The notes under the pieces: generated by a model
The model's database searches: none
Told to the model about the DNA's origin: nothing
What the model saw: the letters and a program-made list of their open reading frames with translations, nothing else
Made by a program: the position numbers and the translations under genes
Part shown: in pieces, positions 50,900 through 64,000 of the stretch
Position numbering within the stretch: the stretch's first letter is position 1
Layout: each line of letters opens with the position of its first letter
Assembly (NCBI GenBank): GCA_951406725.2
Contig: OX597818.1
Span: forward strand, 130,820,001 to 130,884,000
Direction: 5' to 3'
Origin: Octopus vulgaris
Lineage: Eukaryota
DNA: 64,000 bases

Positions 50900-51140
50900 T
50901 TTGATCACTTTGACCGACCAGTCCGTCAGGCGTCCATTTGACACCGCTGGTCACAGCACACTGTCCACTCCTCTCTGGATCACGCCTTTCTCATCCACGT
51001 GATCCCAATCGTCCTCCTGAAATCGTAATTCCACCGTCGTGGAGGTCTTCCGGGTGGTCTTTTCCGCTCACGCGGGTACCACTCAGCAGCTGCGTGCGTC
51101 CACCGATTATCGGTGAGCCGGGCGACGTGTCCAGCCCATC
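50896..51140 (-). mobile_element. RTE LINE 3' end (second RTE family) in (TA)n
   Basis: RWAGHVARLTDNRWTHAAAEWYPRERKRPPGRPPRRW; tail with a short repeat tcaaagtgatcaaagtga. Confidence 0.9.
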
Positions 51141-51179
51141 TATACTTGCTGTGTGTATATATATATATATATATAAATA

Positions 51180-51435
51180 GAAAAATAAATGTACCCTTTT
51201 AAAGCCTAGCCAGGCTCATTTATCCCGGTTTCCTAGTTTCAATGGTGCATGTGTTCCCCAGTTGGATGGGATGCCAGTCCATCACAGCGTTACTCATTTT
51301 TGCCAGCTGTGTGGACTGGAGCAACGTGAAATGAAGTGTTTTGCACAAGAACACAATGCTTCACCCTGTCCAGGAATCGATACCACAATTTTACGATCAT
51401 GATGCCTGACACCCTAACCACTAAGTCACGTGCCT

Positions 51436-51438
<3 letters not shown>
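51180..51438 (-). mobile_element. SINE family C variant with an alternative tail
   Basis: Head (reverse complement) tggaggcacgtgacttagtggttagggtg plus the CORE-like cacttcatttcacgttgctccagtccac. Confidence 0.8.
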
Positions 51439-51505
<67 letters not shown>

Positions 51506-51596
51506 TTATATATATACATATATATATATATATACATATATATACATATATATATATATACATATATATACATATATATATATATACATATATATA

Positions 51597-51938
51597 AAGG
51601 GTAAAGACCCCCTTCGGTCATGAATGACCATGGGATTGCACCTAGAAAGTTACCCTCCTAGACACAAGTCCGGGCAAGGTTGTTTATGGAAGGCCAGCAG
51701 TCGCCCATGCATACCAGCCTCCCCTCTCCACGCCACCAGTGTTATCCAAGGGAAAGACAAAGGTCGATACAGCTTGGCACCAGTGACGTCGCAACTCATT
51801 TCTACAGCTGAGTGAACTGGAGCAACGTGAAATAAAGTGCCTTGCTCGAGAACACAACACGCAGCCCGGTCCGGGATTCGAGCTCACAACCTCACGATCG
51901 TAAGCTCGACACTCTAACCACTGAGCCATGCGCCTTCA
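51597..51938 (-). mobile_element. tRNA-derived CORE-type SINE family C, full length
   Basis: Reverse complement reads gaaggcgcatggctcagtggttagagtg...gagctcgaatccc...gagcaaggcactttatttcacgttgctccagttcactcagctgtagaaatgag. Partial copies at 25006, 30283, 37500, 44085 and 53435. Confidence 0.9.
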
Positions 51939-51939
51939 C

Positions 51940-52041
<102 letters not shown>

Positions 52042-52081
52042 GCATATATATATGTATATACATACATATATATATACATAT

Positions 52082-52118
<37 letters not shown>

Positions 52119-53188
52119 CATATATATATACATATATATATATATACATATATACATATATATACATATATATATATATATATAATATATGTATGTCTGT
52201 GCATGTGGATGTGCAATTGTGCATGTATGCTTATATATATATACATTTATATATATTGTATGTATGTAAACACATGTGCATTTTCAGTGCACAGTGTGTA
52301 TATATGTATGTATGTTAGAGCCAATAATTTCTTTCCAATTCTGATGATGCTAATGCATCAGTTTCTTCTATTATCATTTTTCATTTGTTAAGTTTTATTG
52401 TATAAGTTGTAGCTGATAACATGATCACATAGATAGACAGACACATGTGTGTATACATGTGTATGTATGCGTATTGTGTGTGTGTATTCATGCACGCACA
52501 TGCATGTGTGTAGATGTTAGAACTTTGAGACACAGCTAGCTGGATACAATTTAACTGCATCAGTTACTACCTTGAATAAATATATACTAACATTCCCTTC
52601 ACTGCCAACACCAACAAAATCACCATAACTACCCCCACCAACAACAACAACAATAATATCAACAACAACAACACAAACAAGCAATTTCTTCCACACCAAA
52701 GTCCCTACCAATATCTACCAACATCTCAACTCCAAATCGTCCACCCTTACTTAACAGATCCTCTTATCTTATAATACTCCAACTTAAAGCCTTTGTAACA
52801 TGATCCATGATATCCAACTTAATGCCATCATTACTCAGTCACCTTTATTTCAGCTTTCAGCTTCAGTCTTTTGTCTTGGAGAAGAGAAATTACTAACAGA
52901 CAGCAGAGGAAGCAACACTAGAAAAGGCGTAATCTACCACTGTAAACTATGACTATAATGATATATTGCAGTTAGGGGACTAACTAAGGGACAGATCAAG
53001 GTGACCTGTAAAAGGGACCCAGTTGACCAATCTAGCTATTATATCATTCCTTTATCACAATGTCTGATGTATTTATTAACTTTGCTACTTGACTGGCTGT
53101 CTGATTTCTCATGCTCCGCCTTCTTTCCACTTCTCTCTTCTTTCTCTTATTTTCTCCTCCTCTTTCTCTTATTTTCTTCCTTGCACAG

Positions 53189-53233
<45 letters not shown>

Positions 53234-53765
53234 TATTTATGTAATGATCTCAAATTTTATGCAACCCTTAACTTTTATACATAAAAATTTGTTATTACAC
53301 TTTCGCATTTAACATAAAGAAACCAGGATTGGTCGTCAAATGGTGGTGGTGGTGGTGGTGGATACATACAAAGACACACACATACACGCACACACATACA
53401 CGCATATACTCGTATGTATGTATGTATGTGTCTGAAGGCATATGGTCAAGTGTTTAAGGTATTGCATTCACGATTGCTAGATCATGGGTTCCGTTCCCAG
53501 TCTGGGTGGCATGTTATGTTCTTCAGCAACACACTTCATTTCACAGTGCTCCAGTCCTAACAGCTATAAATTGGTAACCCTGTAATGGAATGACCTTCTG
53601 ATAATCAAGAGGAATATTGGCCTGCTTGTGTTGCCAGTGGGGTGGTGTCATTCAAAAGCTAAAGCCATATGAAGTGCATTGTGACCAGTGATGTATAACA
53701 TCTGACAGTCTCGTTGATACCATGTTACCATTATATATATATATAGTAAGTAAAGTGAGTGACCT

Positions 53766-53807
<42 letters not shown>

Positions 53808-54963
53808 CAGGGTGCATAAGGTATTTGGGAACATAACTTTTTGGGGTCACTGCTGCATTTTTTGCTAACTCTGTATAATCTTTGTTTCAGAAAAATAATA
53901 ATGGCAGATCCTCAGCTTACTCAAGAAATGAAGAGGAATGCTGTTATTGTGGTTATAAAGGCTGAGCATAGCGATTTAGAAATATCTCGGGTTTTAGGAG
54001 TTGCCAGATCTTTCAACTGCAAAGTTTGTAAGGAGCTAGAGACTGAAGATGGAAATGTATCACCAATAGCAAAGCATAAAAAGCATTCTAAATGCTCTGA
54101 AATCATCAGAACACCTGAATCTATCCAGCAAGTTAGATCATTGATTACAATCCTAGAAAATTGATGAGGTTAATTGCAAAAGATCTCCATGTCAGAAGGA
54201 ACAAACAAAAGAAAATCACTACATCAGATTTAAAAGGCTCCTAAACAAACTGAAAAATCTAGCAGATTTGATTTGCTTTTTCTCAGATGAGTTAATAGAA
54301 GAAATGACAGATGGTTATGTGCAGACCCCTCTGAAGTTCCAAGTGTTGTGCATACAAAATTTCCTGTAACTGCCATAGTTTTAGGGGTTGTCAGCAATGG
54401 AGAACATGTGATACCTCCTTACTTCTTTCCACAAGGCTTTAGAGTTAACTCTGCTGCCTACACTGAGGTTCTGGAAATAATTGTTAAGCCCTGGATAGAC
54501 AGTTTATATACAATGGAAAGTTATATGTGTTTCAGTAAGACTTTGCATTATCACACATGGCTCTAGTAATATAGGAATGGATGGCTGAAAAAAATGTTCA
54601 TGCTCACATATCTCCTAACATTTGACCTCTTAATTCCCCAGACCTCAATCCATTGGATTATTCACGTGGAGCATGGTTGAGATAGAGGTCAATGAACTCA
54701 CCCATAACACCAAAGATTTTTTGAAAGCTGCCATAGTCAGAGTAATGTCCAAAATGAACCAAGACCACTTGATTCGAGCATGTAGGTGACTTAGATCTCA
54801 TATAGAAGCAGATGTTGAAGCTGAAAGTGGCTTTATTTAATAACATTATAGAAAAGAAGGTTTATTTTTATCCTCATAGCATTTTTTGATAAATAAAGTC
54901 ATTATCTGTTATTATATAGCTGTTCTATTATAATCATATATGTCCTCAAATATCATACGCACC

Positions 54964-54966
<3 letters not shown>
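53808..54966 (+). mobile_element. Decayed Tc1/mariner transposon of DD37D (maT-like) type with both TIRs
   Basis: TA-flanked TIRs CAGGGTGCATAAGGTATTTGGGAACATA / TATGTCCTCAAATATCATACGCACCCTG. Motifs FFSDE, VFQ*D and *PLNSPDLNPLDY are present, with a D-D spacing of 38 here (one codon lies in an A run). Confidence 0.9.
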
Positions 54967-55040
<74 letters not shown>

Positions 55041-55233
55041 CAAAAACAAATAAGATCCAAGTGAATTCCAATGAATTCAAATGAATATGGTACTTAACTT
55101 AGATGCACCAGAATTCATTTATGATATTAATTTAAATCTGCTTGTAATTTGACTTTAAATTTCATAGAACTCACTCCTAATACTTCATGAGGATAATCAA
55201 ACTCTCTAGGATGTCGGGAAAACATATATGTGA

Positions 55234-55322
55234 TTTAGCTGATGAATACTGAACATTTGTATTTGCTGCAATATTTGCAGCTTCAAATAAAATTGTTCTC
55301 AGTATGAAACAATTGTACTAAA
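55234..55322 (+). ncRNA. Type I hammerhead ribozyme with extended stem II, within a PLE-like remnant (55037-55356)
   Basis: TTTAG-CTGATGA-ATACTGA...TCAGTAT-GAAAC-AATT-GTA-CTAAA. Stem I is 5 bp, the base of stem II is 7 bp, and stem III is the palindrome ACAATTGT. Confidence 0.85.
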
Positions 55323-56012
55323 CTACTAATCCATTCTTGTTGCTTTTTTCTTGGTTATATATATATATATATTTATATATATTTATATATATATAAGGTC
55401 TCTCACATTGCTTATTCTTTCGCTGAATGCTTCTCTGAAATTTCTTTAGTTCCTAAATATCACCTGGTTTGGGAGTATGAGCAGTAGGTAGCTGTTCTTA
55501 AGGCAAAACATTTTTCGAGTGTCAACATCAATGTCAGATGTCTCAGAAAATATTTGCAGAAACCTGGCCATTGATCTCTGTACAGATTGTTGAGATCTCT
55601 CCTATTCATTGTGCCATGCCACTTTTATGATGAGGGATGGAAGTGGGCCTATTTTATATATATTCCCCTTGTCAAACCAACTTTATCTTTTAATTACCAT
55701 GATGCCTACCACAAGGAATTACATTGGATCTGTTTTTACTATACTGCCAGTCATCACTCCCTCTTCGTCAGGACATCTGTTATTCACCACTCTGTCTTAC
55801 CATAGTCCACTTCTATTATCGTAATTAACTGATCCCCCTGTATTTTCTCTTACCCAAAGCCAGGAACTTTTTAGCAACCCCTCGTATAAAACTCAGAGTT
55901 TTATCATAGCTACTGAATAATTGTCACATATTACATTACATTTACAGATAAATTCCTCTATTTACATAATATCGAGGTCTCTTTCTTTCTTATGTTGTCT
56001 TACCGTTTTTAT

Positions 56013-56061
<49 letters not shown>

Positions 56062-56103
56062 TATATACACATATATATATATATACACATATATACATAT
56101 ATA

Positions 56104-56145
<42 letters not shown>

Positions 56146-57018
56146 AACATTTATAAATGATAGCCCCTATTGTTTAAAACTTCCCAATGCACAGATAACT
56201 GTATAACACCATGTAATAAGTACCAAAGATTCCACATTAATTCATGCACATGGACACACACCACACACATATTTAAATGAAAGCATATGCAGGTGCACAC
56301 ATAAAAACAAATACACATACAGCTACACACATATACACACTCAAATACACACTCACACATGGATGATCGTAAACAGCCTCATTTGACATACTGCTGTCAT
56401 ATTTGTATGTTTCCCTATTCACCTCAATCATTAAAACTGTTTATCTACAAAAATATGACTTAAACTTTTAATTTTCATTTATTCATATACATATATATAT
56501 TTTCCTCACCATTTTCTAACTTCAGTAATCTTAATGTCTTTATTATACATATTCTTTATTATTGCTCTGAACATCACCAGTATTTGACAGTATTGTTTAC
56601 CTTGTTGTTATTGTTATAACGTAGGTGTTGACTTGTGATCATAATTTGTTTTCATGTTGATTACTCGCATATTTTTTTTTTATTAAGGTTTCTGCATAAA
56701 ATTTTATTTAATTTTACTAAATAAACCTAGAAGATAATATTAAATGGATCTATTTGGACCGATCATTCGTTGTTATGTACAATTTCTTATCTATGATGCA
56801 GAATATGTATTCATACACAGACATACATGCATATTCCCATTCATGTCATGCAAATTTTTATCTATGTTGAAGAATATATGTGTGTATGTGTGTGTGTGTG
56901 TGCATGCACGCGCGTGCATGTGTGTGTATATATTAATGTTATTATTATTGTGTATGTAAACATCTATGCTATGTTATGAATTTATATATATTCGTGCAGT
57001 ACCTTACAACTTCACTTT

Positions 57019-57056
<38 letters not shown>

Positions 57057-57159
57057 CAGTTATAGTTACATATATACACACACACAATTACATATTGATA
57101 CTGATCTTATGTTTGGATGAATACATTTATTTATCTGCATATATTAATGTGTGTGTATA

Positions 57160-57209
<50 letters not shown>

Positions 57210-57282
57210 AACGTATATATGTACATATCTATGCATAAATATATATATATATATATGCTTGTATAGCTTTCTGTCTGTGTGC

Positions 57283-57329
<47 letters not shown>

Positions 57330-57800
57330 GTATATGTGTATATAATATATATGATATATATATATATATATGTATATATGTGTGTGTGCTTGTGTGTGTG
57401 CGTAGGTATATATAATTGTTTACACAAATACTTGTATATGTATCATCATGAGAGCTATTTCAATACAATATCTTAACGCAAGTTGTGCTGTGAAAAACAC
57501 AATAGAGTATGAGTTAAGCTATATTGGGTGCCCGAGGCTCATGGAGCAGGTTTCAATTACACGCAGCAGAAATCAAATCCCTTTACATCAATTATTATTA
57601 CCCTTTTAGAGGTATAGTCTACTGCTTCTTTTACACTACAAACATAGAAAAGTTTTGGTGGCATCCAGAAGGAATAAAGGACCCCTTGTTAATACTTTAA
57701 TACTCCTCTAAAATATGTATCAGACAATGCATGTATATACATATATGTGTGTGTGTGTAGAGAGAGAGAGAGACAGACAGACTGACAGACAGAGTGACAG

Positions 57801-57839
<39 letters not shown>

Positions 57840-58068
57840 CATACATATAAACAAGCATGCACACCTATATATTTATACAATGATTATATATTTATATACA
57901 TACACGTCTACATATGTAGAGGTATGCATACATACATTTACATATGTATATACACACCTATACATATGAAGATGTATGTATACGTACATATATATACATA
58001 TGTATACATACATAATGTACACATGTATGTACACACACATACACACATATATATGTACAGTATATATA

Positions 58069-58935
58069 GAGGAGTTGGACAAAATAATGGAAACACCTTA
58101 AAATTTCAAACAAATTCATTTTAATATGGGGTAGGGCCGCCTTTGGCAGTAATTACAGCTTGAATTCTATGAGGTATTGAATTGTTTCCAAAGGAATTTT
58201 TGTCCATTTTTCAGCTAAAACAGTATCTAGTTATTGTAGTGATAATGGCGAAGGATATCAACTCCTTACTTCTTTTTCTAAAATGCACCATAAATGTTCA
58301 GTAATATTGAAATCTGGGGACTGTAGTGGTCACATAAGATGTTCAACTTCACTACAATGTTCCTTGTGCCATTCACTAACAACTTTAGCTATGTGAATTG
58401 GTGCATTATCATTCTGAAAGATTGCATTTCCCTTCTGAAACAGTTCTGCAACCATAGGATGAATTTGATCAGATAAAATACTTAAATAGTCCTGACTAAT
58501 ATCAATTCTGCCATGAAGGAAAATCCTTGGGCAGGCAGATTTCCAAGATATAGCCCCACAAGATCATCACAGATCCTTTTCAATGTTTAACAGCTGGAAG
58601 AAGGTGGTCTGGGTCAAATGTTTCTTTTAGCTGTCTCCACATGTATACTCGGCCGGTGGTTGGAAACAAGGTAAAGGATGACTCGTCTGAGAAAATAACA
58701 TTCTTCCTCTGCTCTAGGGACCAATTTATGTAGGTTATTACTCCACTCTAAATGCTTTGCAACATTTGTTTATGAAAGTAGTGGTTTTCTGATTGCAACC
58801 TTCCCATGAAATCTGGCTTTGTGCAGCTCCCAGTGAACAGTTTTTGTGGAAACTGGATTCTCAAGGTGGTTATTAAGCTCTGCAGTAATTTTGGGAGCTG
58901 TACTTTGTGATGACTTAAAAATGTTGTGTTAGCAT
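58069..58935 (-). mobile_element. 5'-truncated Tc1-like transposon with DD36E spacing
   Basis: TA plus TIR-like GAGGAGTTGGACAAAATAATGGAAACACC. Minus strand reads VIFSDESSF and FQND-(36 aa)-EHLW with SPDFNI. Confidence 0.88.
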
Positions 58936-59089
58936 GCATTTTCGGAGATCTTAATTTCAATGATATTTTCTATATCTTAATATGTTAAGACAACAGAAAC
59001 AATTATTGGCCTTGTATGGTGAATTCTACAATTAAAGATGTGATTTTCTCTTTGTGTATTTTTGTTATGCCCATATGCATGTATCTATT

Positions 59090-59121
<32 letters not shown>

Positions 59122-59394
59122 GTATGTATTATATCATGTAGGTAATATATCTATATATAAATGGTTACATATAGGCAAAAGCATGGCTGTGTGTATATAT
59201 ATAAGCGCAGGTGTGGCTGTGTATATAGTAGAAGTCTCTTGCCCGAGGTACCACACAGTGGGACTGAACCCAGGACCATGTGGCTGTGTATATGGCTGTG
59301 TGGTAAGAAGCTTGCTTCCCAACCACATGGTCCTGGGTTCAGTCCCACTGTGTGGTACCTTGGGCAAGAGACTTCTACTATAGCTTCAGGCCAA

Positions 59395-59446
<52 letters not shown>

Positions 59447-59720
59447 GTATGTATTAAATGATGTATGTAATTTATCTATATATAAATGGTTACATATAGG
59501 CAAAAGCATGGCTGTGTATATATATATAAGCGCAGGTGTGGCTGTGTATATAGTAGAAGTCTCTTGCCCGAGGTACCACACAGTGGGACTGAACCCAGGA
59601 CCATGTGGCTGTGTATATGGCTGTGTGGTAAGAAGCTTGCTTCCCAACCACATGGTCCTGGGTTCAGTCCCACTGTGTGGTACCTCGGGCAAGAGACTTC
59701 TACTATAGCTTCAGGCCAAC
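59090..59720. repeat. About 325-bp tandem duplication whose unit contains a fold-back SINE A head
   Basis: 59145-59396 repeats at 59475-59721, and each unit has ~60-bp inverted arms. Confidence 0.9.
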
Positions 59721-60027
59721 CAAAGCCTTGTGAGTGGATTTGGTAGACAGAAATTGAAAGAAGCCTGTTGTATATATATGTGTGTGTGTGTGTGTCTGTG
59801 TATGTGTGTGTGTGCGTGTATTTGTGTATATAAGCCTACCATCACTTGACAACCAATGTTGGTGTGTTTATGTCCCCATAACTTGGCAAGAGACCGATAG
59901 ACCAATAGAATAAGTATTAGGATTACAAAGAATAAGTCCTGTGGTCAACTTCTTTGATTAACACCCTTTAAGGTAGTGCTCCAGCATGGCCATATTCAAA
60001 TGATCGAAAAGAGCAAAAGAATAAAAA
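59612..60027 (+). mobile_element. SINE family A
   Basis: Head continues into body and tail. Confidence 0.85.
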
Positions 60028-60789
60028 AAAATGTATGCATGAAGTTTGCAAATGCATGTTACAACTTTCCAGTTAGAGATTTATGGTCAATCTTGTACGA
60101 TGTATGTCATAGAGATAAAATGGATTAACCACAAAATGAAAATAGACAGAATTCGAATTGAGAACATACATGAATATCCTCAAATATCACAAAGTATTTC
60201 TTTTTCGGATCGTCTACAAATTTAGCCATTGATCTACTTGTTTTTTATGCAAAGATCAGATGGAAGGGTGAAAATAAAAAGACAAAATAATACATGTTGA
60301 AGGAAAGTGAAAGTAAAAATTATGTCAAACCAATGTAATATGTCTTATGAAAAAGTGACGAAGGCACACATTCTCACACTTGTTTTCCTTCTGTAAATTT
60401 GTAGCCCTTTACCAAAGAAATAAATCAAATAAATCAATAATTCTTTCGTAGGTATATTGGCTCCTTAGAATGATTTAACTACAAAATGTTGAACAGCAGC
60501 ACAAATGGCTAAGAACTTGATAGATTAATTTAACATTTGCATAAATTATTTTTTGTAAGGGTGGAGGCTGGTATTTTGTATGTTATAATTTATTTATGTG
60601 TATCATATATTCATTCATTTTCGCATTTGAAGTGTAAAACTTATGTTAATCTTTAGTTAAAAGGTGTAATAGATAATTTACGTCAATTTTCATTAATAGA
60701 AAAATAAGTTATTCATTTGCTGCATTTTTTTCTGTGTCTTAAGCAATCTTCATAAACAATTTATCACTCTAAATGTATTCATACATACG

Positions 60790-60833
<44 letters not shown>

Positions 60834-61266
60834 AATATAATGGAATATGTACATGTATATGTAATATCTATGAGTACATTATATATGTGTGTGCGTATCT
60901 AATGTAGATGTTCTTGAAATATAAATGTACATATGCATGTATACAAATGATAAATTAATGTAAGTATATAAATTATAACTGCATTTATGCATACATTATT
61001 CAAAGACACATACACACACAGATACACACACAGAGTATATAATGTGTCCTTATTTAATGTAAATGCATATATATATATATGTGTGTGTGCGTGTGTGTGT
61101 GTAATCTGTACAACCTCAAACATACACACATATATATATGCCTAAAATATAAACATGTGTATAATAGGTATATTTAATGTTTATAAGCGCAAATATTTAT
61201 GTTTACATATTGCAAAGTTATGTATGCATAAAATTTGCAAAATGTGTCTATATTTTATAATTACAT

Positions 61267-61322
<56 letters not shown>

Positions 61323-61699
61323 GTGAATGTACATAATGTAGATTCATGCATGCATATGCAAGGTAATAAAAATACATGCACTTATGTGTAGCTACTTAAA
61401 TTTATCTTTATGTAAATATGTCATATATTTTATACATGCTCACATAATGTATATCTATATAAATTACTTTCATGTATTCATGTATTTTTATATATGTAAA
61501 TTTTCACCAAAATTTAATAAGCAAAAGAAAACACTGTGTATATTAAAATCTAAGTTGACTTCTTACACGTTTTTATTATTTGTATTTATTATTTAAGCAA
61601 TTTATATTATCAATAAGAACATGTATTTTAGACAACCTTAAGGAAACAAAACAATATTTGACATTTTTACCTCTTATCCTTGTTGTTGTTATTATTGTT

Positions 61700-62431
61700 A
61701 TTACTGTAGTAGATTAGCAGAATCAATGAAGCATCACATAAACAACCTCATGGGACTTGTCATGGCTTTCTACATTCTGATTTCAAATCCTAAAGAGGTC
61801 AATTTTGCTTTACATTTTTCCAAGTCAACAAAGTAGTCAACCTGCTAAATAACACAGTTGATATAATTAACACACCCCTCCACAACCTCGCCAATCTCCC
61901 CTACCTCTCACCTCGCCAAAATTTACTGGTCTTTTGCTTATGCTAGAAGCAATCATTTAGATGACAGTGAGTTGGAAGAATTGTAAGAACATTGGACATG
62001 ATACCTTGCTGTGTTTAATCTGGTTCTTTACACTGTGCATTTGAATCCTGCCAAAGTGAACTTTGGCCTTTGTCATTCCAGAGACAAATAAAATAGAATA
62101 CCAGTTAAGTACTGGGGTTGATGTAACTGATGAGCCCCTTCACTTCAAAACAGTTGGCAGTGTGCCTCATTTAGAAACAATTATCATTATTATTATTATT
62201 ATTATTATTCATCGTTTAGTGTCCGCTTTCCATGCTGGCATGGGTTGGACGGTGCAACTGGGGTCTGAGAAGCCAGAAGGCTGCACCGGGCCCAGTCTGA
62301 TCTGGCAATGTTTCTACAGCTGGGTGCCCTTCCTAACGCCAACCACTCCATTATTATTATTATTGTTATCGTTATTGTTATTATTATTGTTATCGTTATT
62401 ATTGTTGTTGTTATTATTATTATTATTATTA

Positions 62432-62474
<43 letters not shown>

Positions 62475-62985
62475 TATTATTATTATAAGGTGATCTGGCA
62501 GAATCGTTAGGGCACTGGGCAAAATGCTTAGTGGCATTTTGTCTGTCTTCATGTTCAGAGATCAAACTTTGCTGAGGTCAACTTTGCTTTTCATCCTTTT
62601 GGGATCAATAAAACAAATAATTGTAGTTGTGGCCGATGCCAGTGCCACCTGACTGGCTCTCATGCTGGTGGCACACAATAAGCACCATTTATGCGTGGGT
62701 CACTGCCAGTGCTGCCTGACTGGCTCCCCATGGCAGTGACACATAAAAAGCACCATCTGAATGTGGTCATTGCCAACCCCATCTACCTTGACTATCTTCT
62801 GTGCCGGTGGCATGTAAAAAGCACCCACTACACTCTCTGAGTGGTTGGCTTTAGGAAGGGCATCCAGCTGTAGAAACATTGCCAAATCAGGTTGGAGCGT
62901 AGTGCAACCTCCTGGCTTACCAGTCTCCAGTCAAGCCATCCAACCCATGCCAGCATGGAAGATGGACGTTAAACAATGATGATGA
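61700..62985. mobile_element. Cluster of family E SINE fragments and family D RTE UTR copies (62205-62350 minus, 62625-62985 plus) with (ATT)n
   Basis: Homology to the copies listed above. Confidence 0.75.
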
Positions 62986-63248
62986 TCACACACACACATC
63001 CACATATATAACACACACATACACACATATATATATAATATATTATATTACAAATGGGGAAGGTCATAAAGGGCTTATCTTTATGGCGTATCATGAAATC
63101 CTGAGCTAACAGGTCTTGAGATCTGATGATATTCTATACAGTTAAACCTTTTATCCTATAAACCAGCCTTCCCTATTTTTAATATAACATATACTGCTCT
63201 ACATCTTTGAGTGTTCTTCTTCTTTTTGATTTAGGTTTTTTACAGACA

Positions 63249-63340
<92 letters not shown>

Positions 63341-63344
63341 AATA

Positions 63345-63503
63345 AGTTTATTTCAGAGTCTGTCTACTAAATCTACTCACAAGGCATTGGTCAGCTTGAG
63401 GCTACAATAGAAAGCATTTGTATATGGTGCCCCTCACTGGGATGGAACCCGGAACCAAATGGTTGGGAAACAAGCTTCTTTCTACACAGCCACACCTGTG
63501 CCT
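63345..63503 (-). mobile_element. SINE family A head fragment
   Basis: ctcacaaggcattggtcagc...gaacccggaacc...cacagccacacctgtgcct. Confidence 0.75.
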
Positions 63504-63899
63504 GAATAAATTTCACATTCATATTTCTATTTAAATTTTTGTTAGCTGTTTTTATAATTATAATACATTTTTGTATGGACTATTCTTACAATGTTAGTGC
63601 AAAACAAGAGATATTTACATATAAAAAAAAAATATGTATTAATTTTCTAGTACAAACTGTCAGCCAATCAGTATAGGACAATGTATTAAAAGGTCTTAAA
63701 TATACATTCATAAAATTTGTTCCATTTTCCAATAAGCATTTGAAGATCGGCAGCTTAGTGAAATGCTTTGTGACGTTTCAGCTTATAATAAATTACAAAC
63801 CACCCTAATTATAATAACGAACACTGTTTTTTTTTTTTCAATTGAATTCATATGAATCCATTTATCTCACTCTCGCACACACACACATACATGCACACA

Positions 63900-63961
<62 letters not shown>

Positions 63962-64000
63962 TACACATAAATGTACAAAGGCAGACACAAATGCACATAC

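Overview
AT-rich animal DNA packed with microsatellites ((TA)n, (CA)n, (AAT)n, (ATG)n, (GATA)n, (GGT)n) and interspersed repeats. The tRNA-headed SINEs and microsatellite load point to an octopus (coleoid cephalopod) genome; this is recognition from memory, not a database result. I found no intact protein-coding gene, and nearly all listed ORFs are microsatellite artefacts. Supported content: four SINE families; RTE, CR1-group and R4/Dong LINE remnants; Penelope-like remnants with hammerhead ribozyme motifs and fold-backs; two non-autonomous Helitrons; a DD37D-type and a DD36E-type Tc1/mariner fossil; several MITEs; and a tRNA-Glu pseudogene. Main points: (1) two well-formed hammerheads with unusually long stem II, plus five minimal dimer-type motifs; (2) a possible decayed multi-exon gene on the minus strand that the ORF track misses; (3) SINE/LINE partner pairs visible within the window; (4) a composite Helitron; (5) many long inverted repeats that are possible ADAR substrates. 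Coordinates were counted by hand and may be off by a few bases.
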